Positions 31,433-41,953 of a stretch of 64,000 nt of DNA are shown here, one piece after another. Made by a program: the position numbers and the translations under genes. Source of the stretch: an uncultured delta proteobacterium (GTDB lineage: Bacteria; Myxococcota_A; Polyangia; Polyangiales; B10-G4); NCBI GenBank assembly GCA_963727445.1, contig CAVSGI010000010.1, forward strand, positions 192,001 through 256,000. Direction: 5' to 3'. Below the pieces are notes generated by a model, which saw nothing but the letters and a program-made list of their open reading frames with translations, was not told the DNA's origin and searched no databases. Within the stretch, counting starts at the first letter, position 1. Each line of letters opens with the position of its first letter.

Positions 31433-32551
31433 TCAATAGTCTCCCGCCTCCGGATCGCCGCCTGCCGAGGCGCCGCCGCTCGCGCTCGCGCCTCCGCTCG
31501 CGGAAGCCGAGACCCGAATACGGGCGCCGGAGCTCGGTCGTGGCCGACGACGTGGACGCCGGGTTCCGGTGGTGTCGAAGGGCGGAGGCGAGTCCGGATT
31601 GCAGTTGGGTCCGAAGCCGGTTGCATCGAATCGGTAATCGAGATCACCCGAGGCTTCGCCCTTGATCGCTTCGATGGTCACTTCGTGCTCACCGGCGCGG
31701 GCGGGGCTGCAATAGCTCAGCAGGTAGAAGCGCTGGGTGTAACCGACGATCTTCTCGCCGATGGTGCGGAAGGCGGCCGTGACCGCGCTCGCGTCCTGGA
31801 CCAGGACGTAGCCGCTGAAGCCGATGCGCGCGAGGGTCGGCTCGTCGATCTCGTTGCCGACCCCGACGGCGAAGACGTCGTAGTCCACGTCGTCGAGCGC
31901 GTTCATCATGTCGCGGAAGCTCACGCGCGCCGCTCGGTCGGTCCCGTCGGTGAAGACCACGATGGTGCCGAAGGTGAGCGGGGTGGGCGACTCCTGCACC
32001 TGCTCGGTCAGGACCTGGGTCGCCTGTACGATGGCGCCGTGGAGGTTGGTCGAGGGGTCGCGGGAATGGAAGCTGGAGAGCCGGTTGATGCCGGCGGAGC
32101 CGCGACCGGCCGAGCTGGTGAAGGGCGTGATCGGGTGGATCTCCTCGGCGCCGTCGAAGGCATAGACGGCGACCTCCTGATAGCCCTCGAGGGTCGAGGT
32201 GAACTCGCTGGCGGCGGCCTCGATGAGGGGGACCTGGTCGCTCTCGGTGACGCTGCCGCTCATGTCGACGAGGAGCAGGGTGTAGTGCTTGGCAGCGACC
32301 TCGGGGTTGATGATGGTCTGCCGGCTCTCGTCGATGGAGACCAGGCGGCCGTCCTCGTAGATCTTGAAGTCCTCGGCGGTGAGGCCGGGCACCGGATCGC
32401 CCTCGTTGTCGTCGACGGTGAAGAAGACCGCGACGTTGCTGGGGGCCTGGTAATCGGCCTGCACCAACTCGAGATCCAGCGAAGGACCACACGCGCCACA
32501 GACGAGGGCGGCGAGGAGGACCGGGGCGAGATGAGTACGCTTGGTAGGCAT
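31433..32551 (-). CDS. von Willebrand factor A domain lipoprotein
   Basis: Lipobox CGAC; MIDAS DMSGS, STNLHGA, FTDGTD; YCSPARAG. Confidence 0.85.
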   Translation of the reverse strand: MPTKRTHLAPVLLAALVCGACGPSLDLELVQADYQAPSNVAVFFTVDDNEGDPVPGLTAEDFKIYEDGRLVSIDESRQTIINPEVAAKHYTLLLVDMSGSVTESDQVPLIEAAASEFTSTLEGYQEVAVYAFDGAEEIHPITPFTSSAGRGSAGINRLSSFHSRDPSTNLHGAIVQATQVLTEQVQESPTPLTFGTIVVFTDGTDRAARVSFRDMMNALDDVDYDVFAVGVGNEIDEPTLARIGFSGYVLVQDASAVTAAFRTIGEKIVGYTQRFYLLSYCSPARAGEHEVTIEAIKGEASGDLDYRFDATGFGPNCNPDSPPPFDTTGTRRPRRRPRPSSGARIRVSASASGGASASGGASAGGDPEAGDY

Positions 32552-32595
32552 CGAGCGCGAGGATACCGAAAACCGAGCCACGGCTGCGATTTTGC

Positions 32596-33771
32596 TCAAC
32601 CGTGCAAAATTGTGGAGAGACGGCTCAGGGCCGCGTCCAGCTCTCTCGGCGGTATCGACGTGAAACACATCCGTACCCAGCGGTCGAAATCCGCGCCGCA
32701 TGCCCGGCCGGGCGTCATCAGCACACCACCTTCGAGGCAGCGCTCGAGGAAGGGCATCGCCGTCTCCTCGCCCTCTCGAAGGTAGGGGCTCGCATCGAAG
32801 AAGAGGAAGGTGCCGCCGCGGGGGGCGGGGACGCCGAGCACCTCGGCCGCCCGCCCGCCCGCTTCCTTGTATAGGCGCCGCGCCTCGTCGAGCCACGCGT
32901 CGCCCTCGCGAAGAGCCCGGGCGGCGCCCATCTGCATCGGCCGCGGCGCGCAATAGGTCATGAAGGTCTGGGCGCCGCGGATCGCCTGCATCGCCTCCGC
33001 GGGTCCGTGGGTGAAGCCCACGCGCGCGCCGGCGAGCCCGTAGCCCTTCGAGAGGGTGTGCGTCGCGACCGCGCGGTCGCGGAGATCCTCGCGGTCCCAG
33101 ATCGGTGCGAAGGGCGCGTCTTCGAGCCAGAGCTCTTCGTAGGCCTCGTCGCAGATCACCCAGAGATCGTGGCGTTTCGCCACGCGAGCGATGGCGGCCT
33201 GGTGCGCCTCCGAGAGCACGCGACTCGTCGGGTTGTGGGGCGAGTTCACGTAGACGGCGGCGGTGCGATCGGTGACCGCCGCCTCGAGGGCGGCTTCGAG
33301 GTCGAAGTCTTCCTCGTCGACGCGATGAAGAATCGGCACCTCCACCGGGACCGCGCCGCGTCCCGCGATGATCCCGCGGATCAACGGCCAGTAGGGCGAC
33401 GGGAGCAGGACCTCCTCGCCGACGTCGACCAGCGTCTTGATCACCACCGAGAGGCCCGCGGTGGCGCCGGCCTGCACCTGGATGCGATCGCGATCGATCA
33501 CGCGCCCCACGCGCTCCTTCAACCGCTCGACGATGGCGTCGAGGAAGACGGGCTCGCCCGCGGGGACCGCGTAGTTGTGCAGGCGCGGGTGCTCCGAGGT
33601 GAGCTGCGCCTCGGCGCGCGCGGCCGCCGGCGGGTCGAGGTAGGTGTCGCCCACCGTGAGCCAATGGACCTTCTCCTCGCGCTCCTTGCGCTTGGCTTTG
33701 GCGACCAGCTCGCTGAAGACGCGGGCGGAGAGGGTGTCGGTGGTGGGCGAGACGCTGGGGAAGCGCGGCAT
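32596..33771 (-). CDS. PLP-dependent aminotransferase class I/II
   Basis: NSPHNPT, ICDEAYE, TLSKGYGLAGARVG. Confidence 0.92.
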   Translation of the reverse strand: MPRFPSVSPTTDTLSARVFSELVAKAKRKEREEKVHWLTVGDTYLDPPAAARAEAQLTSEHPRLHNYAVPAGEPVFLDAIVERLKERVGRVIDRDRIQVQAGATAGLSVVIKTLVDVGEEVLLPSPYWPLIRGIIAGRGAVPVEVPILHRVDEEDFDLEAALEAAVTDRTAAVYVNSPHNPTSRVLSEAHQAAIARVAKRHDLWVICDEAYEELWLEDAPFAPIWDREDLRDRAVATHTLSKGYGLAGARVGFTHGPAEAMQAIRGAQTFMTYCAPRPMQMGAARALREGDAWLDEARRLYKEAGGRAAEVLGVPAPRGGTFLFFDASPYLREGEETAMPFLERCLEGGVLMTPGRACGADFDRWVRMCFTSIPPRELDAALSRLSTILHG

Positions 33772-33779
33772 GCCGCTCT

Positions 33780-34808
33780 CTACATCACAACGATGTCGGC
33801 TCTGCAACCGGCCATGCCCCCGTGCCCGTCCCGGACGACCACCCAGACCGGATAGGTTCCAGGCTCCTCGGGGGTGGTCCAGACGCCTTCATCGGTGGGG
33901 GCGCGGGTGTTCTCGAAGGCGATGTGCCCCTCGGTCGAATAGAAGGAGTAGAAGGCGCCCTCGTTCACCTGGACGAACTGCCCGGCCGCGTCGACCACCG
34001 TGTACTCCTCGACCCAGGTGTCGGGGCCCGGCTCGAGGTTCACGTCCTCGGGGTCGAGGAGGTAGTCGGTGTTCGCCTCGAGGGTGATCGGCTCGCCGCT
34101 CTCGCTCACGCAGACGAATGGCTCGTCGACCTCGCGCGCGCTGAGCCACTCGTTGTCCTCGAGGGGCGCGTCCCGGAGCCGGACGCCGAAGCGGATGGGC
34201 CACGGGTTCCGCGCGAGGTCGTCCGCGTCGCGCGCCATGATGAGCACCCGCTTGAAGGCGCTGACGAAGACCTCGGCGTCCGGCGCACAAGCGGTGCCGC
34301 CCGCCGGCCCGTCGCAGACGCGGAGCTGAATGGTGATGGTGAGGCCGACGTCGGTGAGGATGCGCTGGACGAACTCGATGGGGACGCCCAGGGCGTCGGC
34401 GGCCGCCTGGAGGTTGTCCGGCGTGACCGCGGCGTCGATGGAGTCGGCGCCGACGAAGAAGGAGGCGGTCCCGTCGGGGCCGGGCACCAGGGGCAGCACC
34501 GGATAGCCTTCGCAGGCGAGGCCCGGGATGTTGGTCTCGTAGGTGCTGCTGTTGAGGTTCGGCACGCGCTCGGGCCGCAGGCACCCCAGCCACTCGAAGA
34601 CCACGCCATCGCGCGGCGTGACACGCTCGCCATTGGGATCGACCACCAGCGGCGTCAGGCCGACCGTGCGGCCGACGCCCACCGTGGGCGGATCGGCGAC
34701 CACCGCGAGGACGCGCCAGGTCTGGATCTTCGACGGGCGGTCGAAGTGTGGATCGAAGCACGCCGACAGCGCGACGCACGCGAGCGAGAGCGCGAGCAGC
34801 CGACCCAT
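33780..34808 (-). CDS. Hypothetical lipoprotein coupled to TonB-dependent receptor
   Basis: Lipobox LSAC; RVLAVVADPP; C-terminal WVVVRDGHGG; start overlaps the receptor stop. Confidence 0.75.
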   Translation of the reverse strand: MGRLLALSLACVALSACFDPHFDRPSKIQTWRVLAVVADPPTVGVGRTVGLTPLVVDPNGERVTPRDGVVFEWLGCLRPERVPNLNSSTYETNIPGLACEGYPVLPLVPGPDGTASFFVGADSIDAAVTPDNLQAAADALGVPIEFVQRILTDVGLTITIQLRVCDGPAGGTACAPDAEVFVSAFKRVLIMARDADDLARNPWPIRFGVRLRDAPLEDNEWLSAREVDEPFVCVSESGEPITLEANTDYLLDPEDVNLEPGPDTWVEEYTVVDAAGQFVQVNEGAFYSFYSTEGHIAFENTRAPTDEGVWTTPEEPGTYPVWVVVRDGHGGMAGCRADIVVM

Positions 34809-37273
34809 CACTCGTACTCCAATCTGACGCCGAGGGTGGGCAGGAAGGGCAGGCCGGGTACGCGCGCGGAGGCGCCGAAGTCGTACTGATACTGGATGCC
34901 CTCGCCGTTCTGCGCGTTGTAGATGTTGATGATGTCCAGATAGACCGAGCCGTGCAGGCTGTCCCCGAGCCAGAACTCGCGATCCACGCGCACGTCGAGC
35001 TGGTGGTAGGTCGGCAGGCGCTGGGTCCGCGGCCCGAGCGCGGGGCGGTAGCAATCGCACTCCACGTCGTAGTCGGAGCTGAGCACGGCCCGCGTCGGGC
35101 GGCCAGTGGAGAGCGTGAAGCGCACGCCGAAGCGCCAGCCGTGCCAGGTATAGCTCGCCGCCAGGAACAGGTTGTGTCGCTGGTCGTAGGAGAAGGGCGT
35201 GGTGTTTCCGTCCAGGGTGAAGCGCTCGCTCCACGACAGGGTGTAGCTGATCCAGCCGAAGAGACCTTCGGCGACGCGCCGGCGGATCAAGACCTCGAGA
35301 CCGTAGGCCTGCCCGTTCCCGTCGGCCGCGTAGACCTGACGGCGCGGCTCGCCGGTGCGCTCGTCGATGATGAAGTCGTTGGTGGTCCGCGGCATGCGGT
35401 AGAAGCGGTTGTAGAAGGCCTGGGACTGCACCTCGAAGTGCTCGGGGAGCGTGAGCTCGAAGCCACCGCTGTTCTGCCAGGCGCGTTGCGGGAGCATGCT
35501 CGGGTTCCCGAACTCGCGAGCGATGTGATACGGCAGGGGCGGTTGGGTGAAGAGGCCGGTGGCGACCTTGAAGACCAGCGGCTCCACGAGGCGGTAGCGA
35601 GCGACGAGGCGCGGGTCGAACTCGGCGCGGGCGACGCGGCCGTAGGAGAGGTTTTCGAGGCGCAGGCCGGCGACCACTTCGAGCGGGGCGAAGTCGATCT
35701 TCTGCTCGATGTAGGGCGCGACGGTGCTGATGATCGGGTTGATGCTCAGCGGCGGGCCGACGCGCGAGTCGGTGGCCTGCGGCGTGGGGAAGGTCCCGTA
35801 TCCGGGCGGGATGGGGAAGGTCGCCGTCGCGTCGTACTTGGTCGCGGAGAGATCGACACCGACCGTGGTCTGCAGCGAGTCACTCTCGGGAATGATCAAG
35901 CCCAGGCGCTGCGCGAAGAAGGTGCCCACGAGATTGAGTCCGGTGTCGACGCCGCCGGGGTCGCGCTGGCGCAGCTCGGCGTCGTTGATGCCGACGGTGC
36001 CGCGCCACGCGAGGCGCACTCCGTGGCCGACCTTCCAGTCGAAGCCGCCGATGAGGCGCTGAAAGCGATAGCCGAGGTTGGTGCTGCTGTTCTGATCGCT
36101 GACGACGGCGCCCTCTTCGCTCTGGGCCTTCAGGCTGTCCTCGGAGCCGAAGTAGAAGAGGAAGGCGGAGAGGCGGTCCGAGAACTGGTAGTCCACCCGC
36201 ACCTGCCAGTCCTGATAGAAGAGGTTGATCTGGGGGGCGATGAGGGGGAGGAGCAGCTCGTAGTAGGAGCGGCGATAGGCGGCGGAGATGCGCCCGCGGC
36301 CGTTGTCGAAGGGCACCACGCCTAGGACGCTCGCCTTGAAGATGTCGAGCTCGCCCTCGAGGTGGAAGCGATTGGCCGGGGCGTGGGTGTCGACGGCGAT
36401 GAGGCCCGCGGTGAAGCGGCCGTACTTCACGGGGAAGCCGCCGGGGTAGAAGTTGAGCTCGTCGACGAAGCGCGAGGAGATGACCGCGGGGCCCGCGCCG
36501 AGGTGATAGAGGAGCGGCACCTCGAAGCCGTCCACCATGAAGCCCGTGTTCTGAAAGGACGCCCCGCGGACGACGTAGAAGCCCGCGCCGAAGGGTGTGC
36601 GCGCGACGCCGGGCATCGTCTGCACGACGCGGAGCGGCTCACCGAAGGTGCCGGGGACCGTGGTGAGCTCGGCGCCCTGAAGCGTGTAGCGGCTCACCGC
36701 CCCCGGCTCGGGCGCGACGATGCGCGCATGCGCGCCGAAGCCCTGGGTGTCCTCGGCCGACGCCGGCTCGGCGCTTTCCGCTGCCGGCGCGGACGCGGTC
36801 GGCGGGGACCCCTCTCGTTGGGCGTCCGGCTCCGGCCCTTCACCGGCGCGAGGTTCGTCCCCGTGGTCCGCAGGAACCGTTCCCGTTCCCGTTCCCGTTC
36901 CCGTTCCCGCACCCGTTCCCGTCTCTCCCTCCGCTCTCTGCGCGATCGCAAACCGGAAGCGCACCCGCGCCGGGATCGGCTCTCCGTCCCGCGTCGCCGG
37001 CTCGAAGCGCATCTCGCGCGCGGCCTCGAGCGCGAGGGCGTCCACGTCCTGTCGCAGGCCCTGTGCAATCTCGGCTTCCGTGACAGTTCCATCGGCGGCG
37101 ATGGTCAGGGTCAAGAGCACTCCCGCGTCCTCGGGGAGTGGCTCGGCGTCTTCGGGGACGACGACCTCGGGCGCCGTGACCAGGCGCGGTGGGACGAGCT
37201 CCTGAGCGGCCGCGGTCTCACAAGAGGCGGACGCCATGAGGCCGAACAAGAGCGCGCGGACGGGCCGGAGCAT
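34808..37273 (-). CDS. TonB-dependent receptor with N-terminal TonB C-terminal-like domain
   Basis: TIAADGTV...ALEAAREMRFEPA TonB_C segment; plug VPGTFGEPLRVVQTMPGV, FYPGGFPVKYGR; barrel end LDVRVDR...NIYN...PTLGVRLEYE. Confidence 0.9.
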   Translation of the reverse strand: MLRPVRALLFGLMASASCETAAAQELVPPRLVTAPEVVVPEDAEPLPEDAGVLLTLTIAADGTVTEAEIAQGLRQDVDALALEAAREMRFEPATRDGEPIPARVRFRFAIAQRAEGETGTGAGTGTGTGTGTVPADHGDEPRAGEGPEPDAQREGSPPTASAPAAESAEPASAEDTQGFGAHARIVAPEPGAVSRYTLQGAELTTVPGTFGEPLRVVQTMPGVARTPFGAGFYVVRGASFQNTGFMVDGFEVPLLYHLGAGPAVISSRFVDELNFYPGGFPVKYGRFTAGLIAVDTHAPANRFHLEGELDIFKASVLGVVPFDNGRGRISAAYRRSYYELLLPLIAPQINLFYQDWQVRVDYQFSDRLSAFLFYFGSEDSLKAQSEEGAVVSDQNSSTNLGYRFQRLIGGFDWKVGHGVRLAWRGTVGINDAELRQRDPGGVDTGLNLVGTFFAQRLGLIIPESDSLQTTVGVDLSATKYDATATFPIPPGYGTFPTPQATDSRVGPPLSINPIISTVAPYIEQKIDFAPLEVVAGLRLENLSYGRVARAEFDPRLVARYRLVEPLVFKVATGLFTQPPLPYHIAREFGNPSMLPQRAWQNSGGFELTLPEHFEVQSQAFYNRFYRMPRTTNDFIIDERTGEPRRQVYAADGNGQAYGLEVLIRRRVAEGLFGWISYTLSWSERFTLDGNTTPFSYDQRHNLFLAASYTWHGWRFGVRFTLSTGRPTRAVLSSDYDVECDCYRPALGPRTQRLPTYHQLDVRVDREFWLGDSLHGSVYLDIINIYNAQNGEGIQYQYDFGASARVPGLPFLPTLGVRLEYE

Positions 37274-37433
37274 GGGACGGGCAGTGTGTCTCAAACCACG
37301 GGGAAACTGGGACCCAAGATCGTCGGCCGTTCAGCCCGCGACTTCTCGAAGGCGCGCCCGAGGTAGGGATCCACTGGCATTCGATGGCGGTGGTGCAGCC
37401 GGCGTCCGGTGGAGATTGGCGTACCATGGTGAG

Positions 37434-38264
37434 GTGGCACCGAGACGTTCGGGCGGGCTTTGGGGGGTCGTCTTCTTCGCGATGGTGGCGGGCGGTTGCT
37501 ACCGCGTGCACGAGCGGGACGTCGGGGGCGTGGATTCCGGCGTGCCGGACGCGCACCTCGACGCGGTCGTGGACGCGCGGGTCGCCGACGCGCGGGTCGC
37601 CGACGCGCGCGTTCGGGACGCGGGGAGCCCGATGCTCGTGTGGGTGGTCGTGCATCCATCGGATGCGCCGTCGGGCGCGGGGATGTACCTCTTCGACGAG
37701 AGCGCGCAGGAGGTCCTTCGGCAGCTGCCGCTGCCGGACGGAGTGACGTCGCCGCACGCGATCCTCTGGGATGGGTCGTCGCTCTGGCTCGGCGGTCACG
37801 ACCGGGTGCCGGCGATCCGCGAGATCGATCCGGAGACGGGGGCGGTACGCTCGCTCTGGGCCGGCGTGGTGACGGAGGGGGTCGCGACCGATGGCGAGAG
37901 CTACTTCTACGTCGCGGACGCGATCTCGCCGCTGTTGCGCGTCGACCGCGCGGGCACCGTTCTGTCATCGATCGCGCTGCCCGAGGGGACGATCCAGGAC
38001 CTCGTGTGGGCGCGCGGCGCGCTCTACTACCTCGTGAACGACGGCCCGGACCGGATCGTTCGGCTCGATCCGGAGACGGGCGCGCGCGAGGATGTCGCGC
38101 GCACGGGTCTCGGGGCGCCGTACTCGCTCGGCTTCGACGGCACCTTTGTCGTGGTCGCCATGAACGGGCGCGCGTATCGGTTCGATCCGGAGACGGGGGA
38201 GCTCGTCAGCGACAGCGACTTCGCCGTGCCCGGGTGGATCACGGCGATCTCGTACGTGCGTTGA
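37434..38264 (+). CDS. Beta-propeller-like lipoprotein
   Basis: Lipobox AGGC; repeated WDGSSLW / IDPETG / TDGESYF / FDGTF blade-like motifs. Confidence 0.65.
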   Translation: MAPRRSGGLWGVVFFAMVAGGCYRVHERDVGGVDSGVPDAHLDAVVDARVADARVADARVRDAGSPMLVWVVVHPSDAPSGAGMYLFDESAQEVLRQLPLPDGVTSPHAILWDGSSLWLGGHDRVPAIREIDPETGAVRSLWAGVVTEGVATDGESYFYVADAISPLLRVDRAGTVLSSIALPEGTIQDLVWARGALYYLVNDGPDRIVRLDPETGAREDVARTGLGAPYSLGFDGTFVVVAMNGRAYRFDPETGELVSDSDFAVPGWITAISYVR

Positions 38265-38314
38265 GCGGCGTGGCCGAGACATCTCGCGGTCGTGTCCCCG
38301 CGACATCGCGCGGG

Positions 38315-39634
38315 TCAGAAGAGGATGGCGCCGAAGCTCTCGTCCTCGGAGCAAGGCGTTCCCGTGACCGCGCCCCCGCAGGTCGAAGGTGAGAAGCGCC
38401 CCCCGCTCACCTCGAAATGAGCGGAGCAGTTGGGGACAGCCGGGGTGACGTTCTCGTCGATCCAGCGATCGCCCACCCGCACGTGGGTCGCCGTCCACGC
38501 GCTGCCCGAGCGCCATCCGATGCAGGTCGGCGAAAGCAGCCGCGCCTCGTGCGCCGCCGCCTCGACCCAGACGCAGTAGCCCGGGTGTCCCTCACAGGAT
38601 TCTCCGTTGCCGGCCATCCCGCCGAGCGTGAGACCGGAGCTGACCAAGCCCTCGTCGGTCACGAGCAGCGACACGAGCAGGCGCCCGAGATCGCGCTGGT
38701 TGCCCCAGCTCGTCTCCCCCACCACCAGCCAGCCGCCGTCGGGGGTGGGCGCGACGCTCGCGATGGAGTCGATCGGGCTGTTGACGCATTCGAGCGTCGG
38801 GCGATCCGAATCGCTGACGCAGACGAGCATGCCCTCGATCTCCAGGTCGGCGAAGGTCACGAGCAGGAGCCTGTGAGTGGTGTCGAGCGCAAAACCGCGA
38901 AGCGCAAAGGTGTCGTGTGCGGCGAGGACCGCCGCGATGCGCTGGACGGTGGGTGTGGTGAGCACGGCCCCCGGACGCGTTCTTCGCGAAGCCCGAGCCC
39001 GCACGCGACGCGACCGTCTGCGTTGGGAGGGCGGCACCAGCGCAGCCGGCGGCGTCAGGTCGAGCGGGCCGGGGGGCGGCCGCACGCTGGGGGGCGCACG
39101 GCGGCACTGCCCGACGCCGGTGTCGTAGCTCACCGCGCAGTCGACCACGCCGTCCTGAGCGGTCGCGAAGTAACGCCCGGTCTGGTCGAGCACCACGCCC
39201 GCCTCGGCGAGCTCCCGCAAGAAGCGCGCGGCTTCGAGCGTCTCGGATCGGTCCAGCGTCTGCCCCTCCCCATACTGGCGATACCCGACGCGCAGCCGGA
39301 GCCCCTCCCAGACGATCGCCGCCGTGCCGAGCGGCTGCCGATCCGTCGGCGCCTCGACGATCGTCACCTGCGCCCCATCGAGCTCTTCTCGCACCTGCTC
39401 CTCGAGGGTGGGCAGCCTCGCCTCGTCGCGCTCGAGCTCCAGCTGCTGCTCTGCGGCGATGCGGTCCAGTGCGGCCCCGGGCGGGTCCTGCGCAGCCGTG
39501 GCCCCCGACGCTGCGGGAGCCGCCACCGGGCGACCCTCCGCCGCTTTCCCCCCACACGCGAGCACCGAGAGCATCGCCACCAGAACGCCGCTGACCCTCG
39601 GCCAAACGGCCCGACCCGACCGCCCACCGGTCAC
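38315..39634 (-). CDS. Hypothetical lipoprotein
   Basis: Lipobox VLAC, 439-aa ORF directly downstream of the Cys-rich gene. Confidence 0.6.
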   Translation of the reverse strand: MTGGRSGRAVWPRVSGVLVAMLSVLACGGKAAEGRPVAAPAASGATAAQDPPGAALDRIAAEQQLELERDEARLPTLEEQVREELDGAQVTIVEAPTDRQPLGTAAIVWEGLRLRVGYRQYGEGQTLDRSETLEAARFLRELAEAGVVLDQTGRYFATAQDGVVDCAVSYDTGVGQCRRAPPSVRPPPGPLDLTPPAALVPPSQRRRSRRVRARASRRTRPGAVLTTPTVQRIAAVLAAHDTFALRGFALDTTHRLLLVTFADLEIEGMLVCVSDSDRPTLECVNSPIDSIASVAPTPDGGWLVVGETSWGNQRDLGRLLVSLLVTDEGLVSSGLTLGGMAGNGESCEGHPGYCVWVEAAAHEARLLSPTCIGWRSGSAWTATHVRVGDRWIDENVTPAVPNCSAHFEVSGGRFSPSTCGGAVTGTPCSEDESFGAILF

Positions 39635-39641
39635 GGAGGCC

Positions 39642-41891
39642 TCAGACGCATTGGCCGCGCGCGTCGCAGCTCATCCCAGTCGCGCAGTCGCTGTCCATGG
39701 TGCACTCGATCGGGATCCGGCAGAAGCCGTCGATGCACACCTGATCGGTGGGGCAGTCGGAGCCGATGCGGCACGTCGTCGCTGGGCGGCAGAAGCCGAG
39801 CTCGCAGGCCTCGCCCATGGCGCAGTCGGTGTCGAGGCTGCACTCCTGCGGCGGAAGGACGTAGCAGAAGCCGCCGAGACAGTCCTGCATCGGCGGGCAA
39901 TCGCTGTCGGTCATGCAGCCGCCCGGGTTCGTGCACTGGTTGTTGATGCACATCCGGCCGTCACTGCAGTCGGCGTCGGTGCCGCAGAAGAGCCACGGGA
40001 TGCAGCGGGTCCCCACACATCCCCAGCCGTAGTTGCAGTCGGCGGTGCTGGCGCAGGAGGTCGGCTGACAGAACTGCGCCGCCTCGCAGCGCTCCCCCGT
40101 CGGACAGTCCGCGTCGCTCATGCAGTCGGGAGCGATGAAGCACGCACCGAAGTCCGCGCAGGTGGTCCCCTCCGGGCAGCCGCCCATCGTACCGGGCGGG
40201 AAGCAGAACTCGAGGGCGTAGCACTGGGTCCCGATGCAGGTGAAGCCCAGCGGGCAGTCCGGGTTCGACATGCAGGCGATGTCCGGGATGCACGCCCGGG
40301 TCGAGAGGTTGCAGATGGTCCCCATCGCGCAGTCGTCGTTGGCGCGGCACGGCATCGATTGGCAGGAGCCGGTGACGCAGCTCTCGCCCGCGGCGCAGTC
40401 TGCGGCGCTCCGGCATTCGCCCACGTACCTGCACGCACCGATGACGCATTCGTAGCCGGGGTCGCAGTCCGAGTCGCGGCTGCATTCGCCCACGTAGGTG
40501 CACGCCCCGGCCACGCAGCGGTAGCGGTCCGGGCAGTCACCGTCGGTCGTGCAGTCGCCCACGAAGATGCAGCGGCCGAGCGAGCAGCTGTAGCCAGAGG
40601 CGCAATCCCCGTCGGTCATGCACTCCGGTGGAGGCACGCACGCGCCGCTCTCGCACACCTGCATCGGCGGGCACGGGGTGCCGGGGCAGCCCTCGATGTC
40701 CTGGCAGAACCCGATGTTGCACTCCTGGCCCATCGGGCAGTCGGTGTCGCGCTCGCACATGGGCGGCGGCAGTGGCACGCAGGCCCCATCGACGCAGACC
40801 GGGGCGAGGACGGTGCACTCGTCGTCCGAGGTGCAGCCGTCGGGGACGATGCAGAGCCGATCGCGGCAGACCATGCCCATGAAGGGGCAGTCCTCGTCGC
40901 GTCCGCAGATGAAGGGCGGAACGCAGCGCGTGTCGATGCAGCGCCACCCCGCGGAGCATTCGGAGTCGACCATGCAGGCCACCGGCTGACAGCTCATCCC
41001 GTCGCAGCGCTCGGTGGCCCGGCAGTCGTCGTCCGAAGTGCAGGCGGGCGGCGGCGCGCAGCGGAAGCCGTCACAGCGCTCGCCCGGTGGACAGTCCGCC
41101 GAGTCGCGGCAGCGGATGAAGCTGGTGCACCGCCCAGCGATGCACAGATCGCCGACGGGACAGTCGCCGTCGGTCATGCACTCCATGGCGGGCACGCAGC
41201 GCCGGGAGAAGAGGTCGCAGAGCTCGCCGGTCGGACAATCCGCGTCGCGCACGCATCCGGTCGGCACGCAGGAGGCGCTCTCGCAGCGAAACCCGCTCGC
41301 GCAGTCCCCGTCGATCAGACACTCGCCCGTGAAGACGCAGCGCGTCGACTCGCAGCTGAATCCCGTGCTGCAATCCGCGTCGGTCATGCAGTCGCCGGTG
41401 AAGACGCAGACGTCGCTCATGCAATCGAAGCCGGTCGGGCAATCCGCGCCGCTCATGCACTCGCCCACGAAGACGCAAGTCCCGCCGACGCAGTCCTCGG
41501 AGGGCCCGCAGTCGCTGCGCGTGGTGCACTCGGTCGGCGTGTCGCAGCGCCCGGAGACACAGACGTCGCCGGGGTCGCAGTCGGCATCGCTCGTGCAGCC
41601 GCCGCGGAAGACGCAGCGGAAGCTCTCGCAGAACTCGCGCGGGGGGCATTCGAGATCGCTCCGGCACTCGGGGCTCGCGCACGCGCCATCGACGCACATC
41701 GCTCCGGGCCCACAGTCGGCGTCGGATTCGCAGATGACGGTGGCGTCTGCGTCGGGCGGCGAGGCATCCACCGAACCGTCGGACACGTCGCCGTCGAAGG
41801 GGGGCGGGCCGTCGGGGTGTGAGCGCCCGCAGCCACCGAGGCAAGCGAGCAGGAAGGCACAAAGGACGGCAGGAAAGACGAACGACCGCAT
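39642..41891 (-). CDS. Cys-rich tandem repeat lipoprotein (about 25-aa CxxDxDCxxGxxCxxxxC units)
   Basis: Lipobox LGGC; more than 20 four-Cys repeats making up nearly the whole protein. Confidence 0.85.
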   Translation of the reverse strand: MRSFVFPAVLCAFLLACLGGCGRSHPDGPPPFDGDVSDGSVDASPPDADATVICESDADCGPGAMCVDGACASPECRSDLECPPREFCESFRCVFRGGCTSDADCDPGDVCVSGRCDTPTECTTRSDCGPSEDCVGGTCVFVGECMSGADCPTGFDCMSDVCVFTGDCMTDADCSTGFSCESTRCVFTGECLIDGDCASGFRCESASCVPTGCVRDADCPTGELCDLFSRRCVPAMECMTDGDCPVGDLCIAGRCTSFIRCRDSADCPPGERCDGFRCAPPPACTSDDDCRATERCDGMSCQPVACMVDSECSAGWRCIDTRCVPPFICGRDEDCPFMGMVCRDRLCIVPDGCTSDDECTVLAPVCVDGACVPLPPPMCERDTDCPMGQECNIGFCQDIEGCPGTPCPPMQVCESGACVPPPECMTDGDCASGYSCSLGRCIFVGDCTTDGDCPDRYRCVAGACTYVGECSRDSDCDPGYECVIGACRYVGECRSAADCAAGESCVTGSCQSMPCRANDDCAMGTICNLSTRACIPDIACMSNPDCPLGFTCIGTQCYALEFCFPPGTMGGCPEGTTCADFGACFIAPDCMSDADCPTGERCEAAQFCQPTSCASTADCNYGWGCVGTRCIPWLFCGTDADCSDGRMCINNQCTNPGGCMTDSDCPPMQDCLGGFCYVLPPQECSLDTDCAMGEACELGFCRPATTCRIGSDCPTDQVCIDGFCRIPIECTMDSDCATGMSCDARGQCV

Positions 41892-41953
41892 CGCCTTCAA
41901 GATACCACGTCCCCTCTACCCGAAAACTCGACGGCCCCCTATCATTCGCGCCC

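Noticed and set aside
31411..31436. Imperfect inverted repeat upstream of HiPIP as an FNR box or terminator
   Set aside because: Spacing does not match TTGAT-N4-ATCAA and there is no U-tract; insufficient support.
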